From the NCBI RefSeq assembly GCF_963921235.1, contig NC_086097.1:62808001-62872000 (forward strand): 64,000 bases of DNA. Reading direction: 5' to 3'. How positions within the stretch are numbered: the stretch's first letter is position 1; the number at the start of each line of letters is the position of its first letter. Shown piece by piece: positions 61,457 through 64,000 of the stretch. The DNA is from Mobula hypostoma. Lineage: Eukaryota. A program made the position numbers and the translations under genes. The notes under the pieces were generated by a model that saw only the letters and a list, made by a program, of their open reading frames with translations, was not told the DNA's origin and did no database searches.

Positions 61457-62290
61457 GGTTGACCTTACTGTGGCATGAGAGGGGGCAATGGACCAACATG
61501 TCAGAAAGGGACTAGGAAGTAACACTAAAATGAGTGGTCACTGGGAAAACCCACCTTTTGCGGCGGACAGGGTGAAGGTGCTTGACAAAGTGGTCCCCCA
61601 CACTATGTTGGATCTCTCCTATGCAGAGGAGGCAGCCGCACTGGGAGCAACAGATATAGTAGATAATCCCAACAGACTTGCATGCAACTAAAGTGTCATT
61701 TCACCTGGAAGGACTGTTTGGGGCCCTGCATGGTGTTGAGGAAGGAGCTGTCTGGGCAGGTGTGGCACTAATCCTGCTTACAGGGTCAAGTACCCAGAGA
61801 AAGATCAGTGGGAAGGGATGAGTGAACCTGGGACCTGTGGAAAGTGGAAAGGGAAAGACGTGTAAGATCACATTGAAGGTGGCAGAAGTTACAAAGAATG
61901 ATGTGCTGGATGCAGAGGCTCATGGACTGGTAGGTAAAGGACAAGTGGAACCTTATCCCTATTATGGGAGCAAGGAGACGAAGACCCCAGGAAATGGGGA
62001 GATACAGGTGAGGACACATTGATGGTAGAGGAGGGGCCCTGTTCCTTGAAGGAGGACATTTCAAATGTCCTGGAATGGAAAACCTAATCTTGAGAACAGA
62101 TGCAGTGATGACGGAGGAACTGAGGCAAGAGAATTACATTTTTACAAGTGATAGGGTGGGAAGAGTATAGTCAAGATACATTAGCTGTGAGAATCAGATA
62201 ACAAAAGATATCAGTAGACCGTCTGTCTGCAGAGATGTAGAAGTGAGATTGAGAAAGGGGAGAGAGGTGTTCAAGAGGGACCGACTAAAT

Positions 62291-62660
62291 GGAGAATCAG
62301 CATCATTTTATTGCCAATATGTGAAACATACCATAACTGATTGTGGTTCAGTGCCAAACATAAAACACAGGGCAATACCATAACAAACAACACAAAAGCA
62401 ACCAATCAATAGTGCAAACAGCCATGAGCATTCAACAGTTAGCAGAACAGTCACATGCACAAATGTCAATAATCAGACTTAAATATCTATGAACACATAC
62501 TGTAAATAGGCTCAATAATTGTCAACAAGGAGAGCTGGAAAGACCATTTGGACCATTTAATGGATGTTGTGCAGGGACAGTTAGGATATTATACCTGTAT
62601 GAGTTTTCTTGAGAAGCTGGACAGTTACAGGGAAAAAAAAGCTTCAGAGATGATGATGAT
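62291..62660 (-). mobile_element. Rex1/Babar-like 3' end in Penelope RT
   Basis: Minus strand SFFFPVTVQLLK-like end plus AATAAA tail; the host RT rejoins across it. Confidence 0.6.
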
Positions 62661-62889
62661 TTGAGGGCAGGGTGGAGGTTAAAGGCAAAGTTGATCAATT
62701 TGACAAAATCAGCATGGGTTCAGGAAGCAGCACCAATGCAGTCATCAATGTAGCACAGAAAGAGTTTTGAAGCATTCCTAGTGTAGGCTTGAACATGGAC
62801 TGTTTCACGTAGCTGACGAAAATATAGGCGTAGCTGGGGCCATGCAGGTGCCCACAGCTACACCTAGGGTTTGGGGAAAGTTGGTGGGG

Positions 62890-63500
62890 GGAGAGAGAAC
62901 TAACCATTTATGTACTTAATGAGTACAGAAGTTGTGATGTTAAGTTAGATTTCTGTAAGATGTTAGTGAGGCCGCATTGGATTATTGTGTGCAATTCTGT
63001 CCGCCTACCTATAGAAAAGATATCAATAAGCTTCAAAGAGTACGGAGAATATTTACAAAGATGTTGTTGGGACTTAAGGATCTGAGTTATAGGTAAAGGT
63101 TGAATAGGTTAGACTTTATTCCCTCGATTGTAGGAAAATGAGGGGAAATCTTATGAGAAAAAGTGCACAAAATTATTAGGGATATAGATAGGATAAGTAC
63201 ATACAGTATCGGCTTTTTTCTCCTCGGGTTGGGTAACACTAAAGGTCATAGATTTGGAGTGAAAGATGAAATATTTAAGTGGGACTTGATGGGGAATCTT
63301 CAGAGGCTGATGTGAATGTGGAATGAGATGCCAGTGAAAGTGGTTGACGTGGGTTCAATTGAAAAATTTAGAGAAATATGCACAGGTACGAGTATGGAGA
63401 AAAGTGGCCCAGGAGTGGGTAGATGGAACTGGGAAGAAACAGGACTCCACAGACTAGATGAAGGTCCTGTTTCTGTACTGTAATGCTGTATTACTCTATG
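62890..63500 (+). mobile_element. Decayed CR1 3' end
   Basis: LVRPHWIIVC/YCVQF..YRKDINKLQRVRRIFTKM; CR1 tail 'cctgtttctgtactgtaatgctgtattactctatg'. Confidence 0.8.
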
Positions 63501-64000
63501 ACTTCAGGAGGGAATGTAGAAAATTAGCCTAATTTTAAACATGGAAATATACTTGTAACTTTGTTACTGCCTCAAAGTTCACACATGGTGAATATCCTAA
63601 CCATCTTCATCTGCTTTATAAATGGCCTTCCTTCCATCAGAAAGAGAGAAGTGGAGATGTTTGTTGATGACTGTATAATGTTCAATTTTATCTGTAGCTT
63701 CTCAGCAAGAAGTAGTAATCTTCATTGACTATTCAGATATTGTATATAAAGATTCTGTTAAGACTGATATGTTAGAGACAAAATTTATTTCAACTTCATG
63801 GTAAAAATATGTACTTAAAGGAATGTCTGAAACGGTCAGTTAGTATTGGTAGCACAAAATTGCATATTCTGGCTCCCAAACAACTAAATGAGTAAATAAT
63901 TTCTGTCTTGATTGGGTTTGGCAGCTGTTCCTTTAAATCAGCCACAATATATGAGATCTTAAAAAGGTATTTATAAACTTCAACTCACTTCACAGAACAT

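Larger units (their letters stand above)
60481..62885 (-). mobile_element. Penelope-like element (RT C-half, GIY-YIG, pLTR), decayed, with two Rex1 insertions
   Basis: GVAVGTCMGPSYA..YIDDCIGA at ~62720-62870, homologous to 12640-14177. Hammerhead-like CTGATGA at 60565-60602 (GAAA mutated to AAAA). Confidence 0.9.

Noticed and set aside
1..64000. Prokaryotic systems (CRISPR arrays, operons, retrons, DGRs)
   Set aside because: No regularly spaced repeats or gene-dense organisation; all RT ORFs belong to eukaryotic retroelement families.

Overview
This is eukaryotic, vertebrate-type intronic or intergenic DNA. It most likely comes from a cartilaginous fish (shark or ray), an inference from the CR1/HER1-like LINE, V-SINE/HE1-like SINE and Penelope repertoire. 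Most of the window is decayed, deeply nested retroelements: CR1 LINEs (one with a 751-aa open ORF2 stretch), Neptune-type Penelope-like elements (PLEs) with minimal hammerhead-ribozyme motifs, Gypsy LTR elements and solo LTRs, many Rex1/Babar 3' ends, two R4/Dong-type RLE elements, an RTE element and tRNA-derived SINEs. I recognised no host protein-coding gene; one isolated candidate exon lies at 47061-47177 (-). Four structures stand out. (i) A 2.4-kb Gypsy-derived foldback element (2942-5310) has two LTR copies in INVERTED orientation around a 117-nt hairpin and a pol remnant. (ii) Stand-alone ~200-bp palindromes are built from two back-to-back Penelope hammerhead ends. (iii) A ~650-bp non-coding retroposon family with a YY1-motif head and no tRNA head is present three times. 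(iv) A 560-bp RTE-like non-autonomous element carries a partial HDV-ribozyme-like signature. All family names come from motif recognition by eye; no database search was run.
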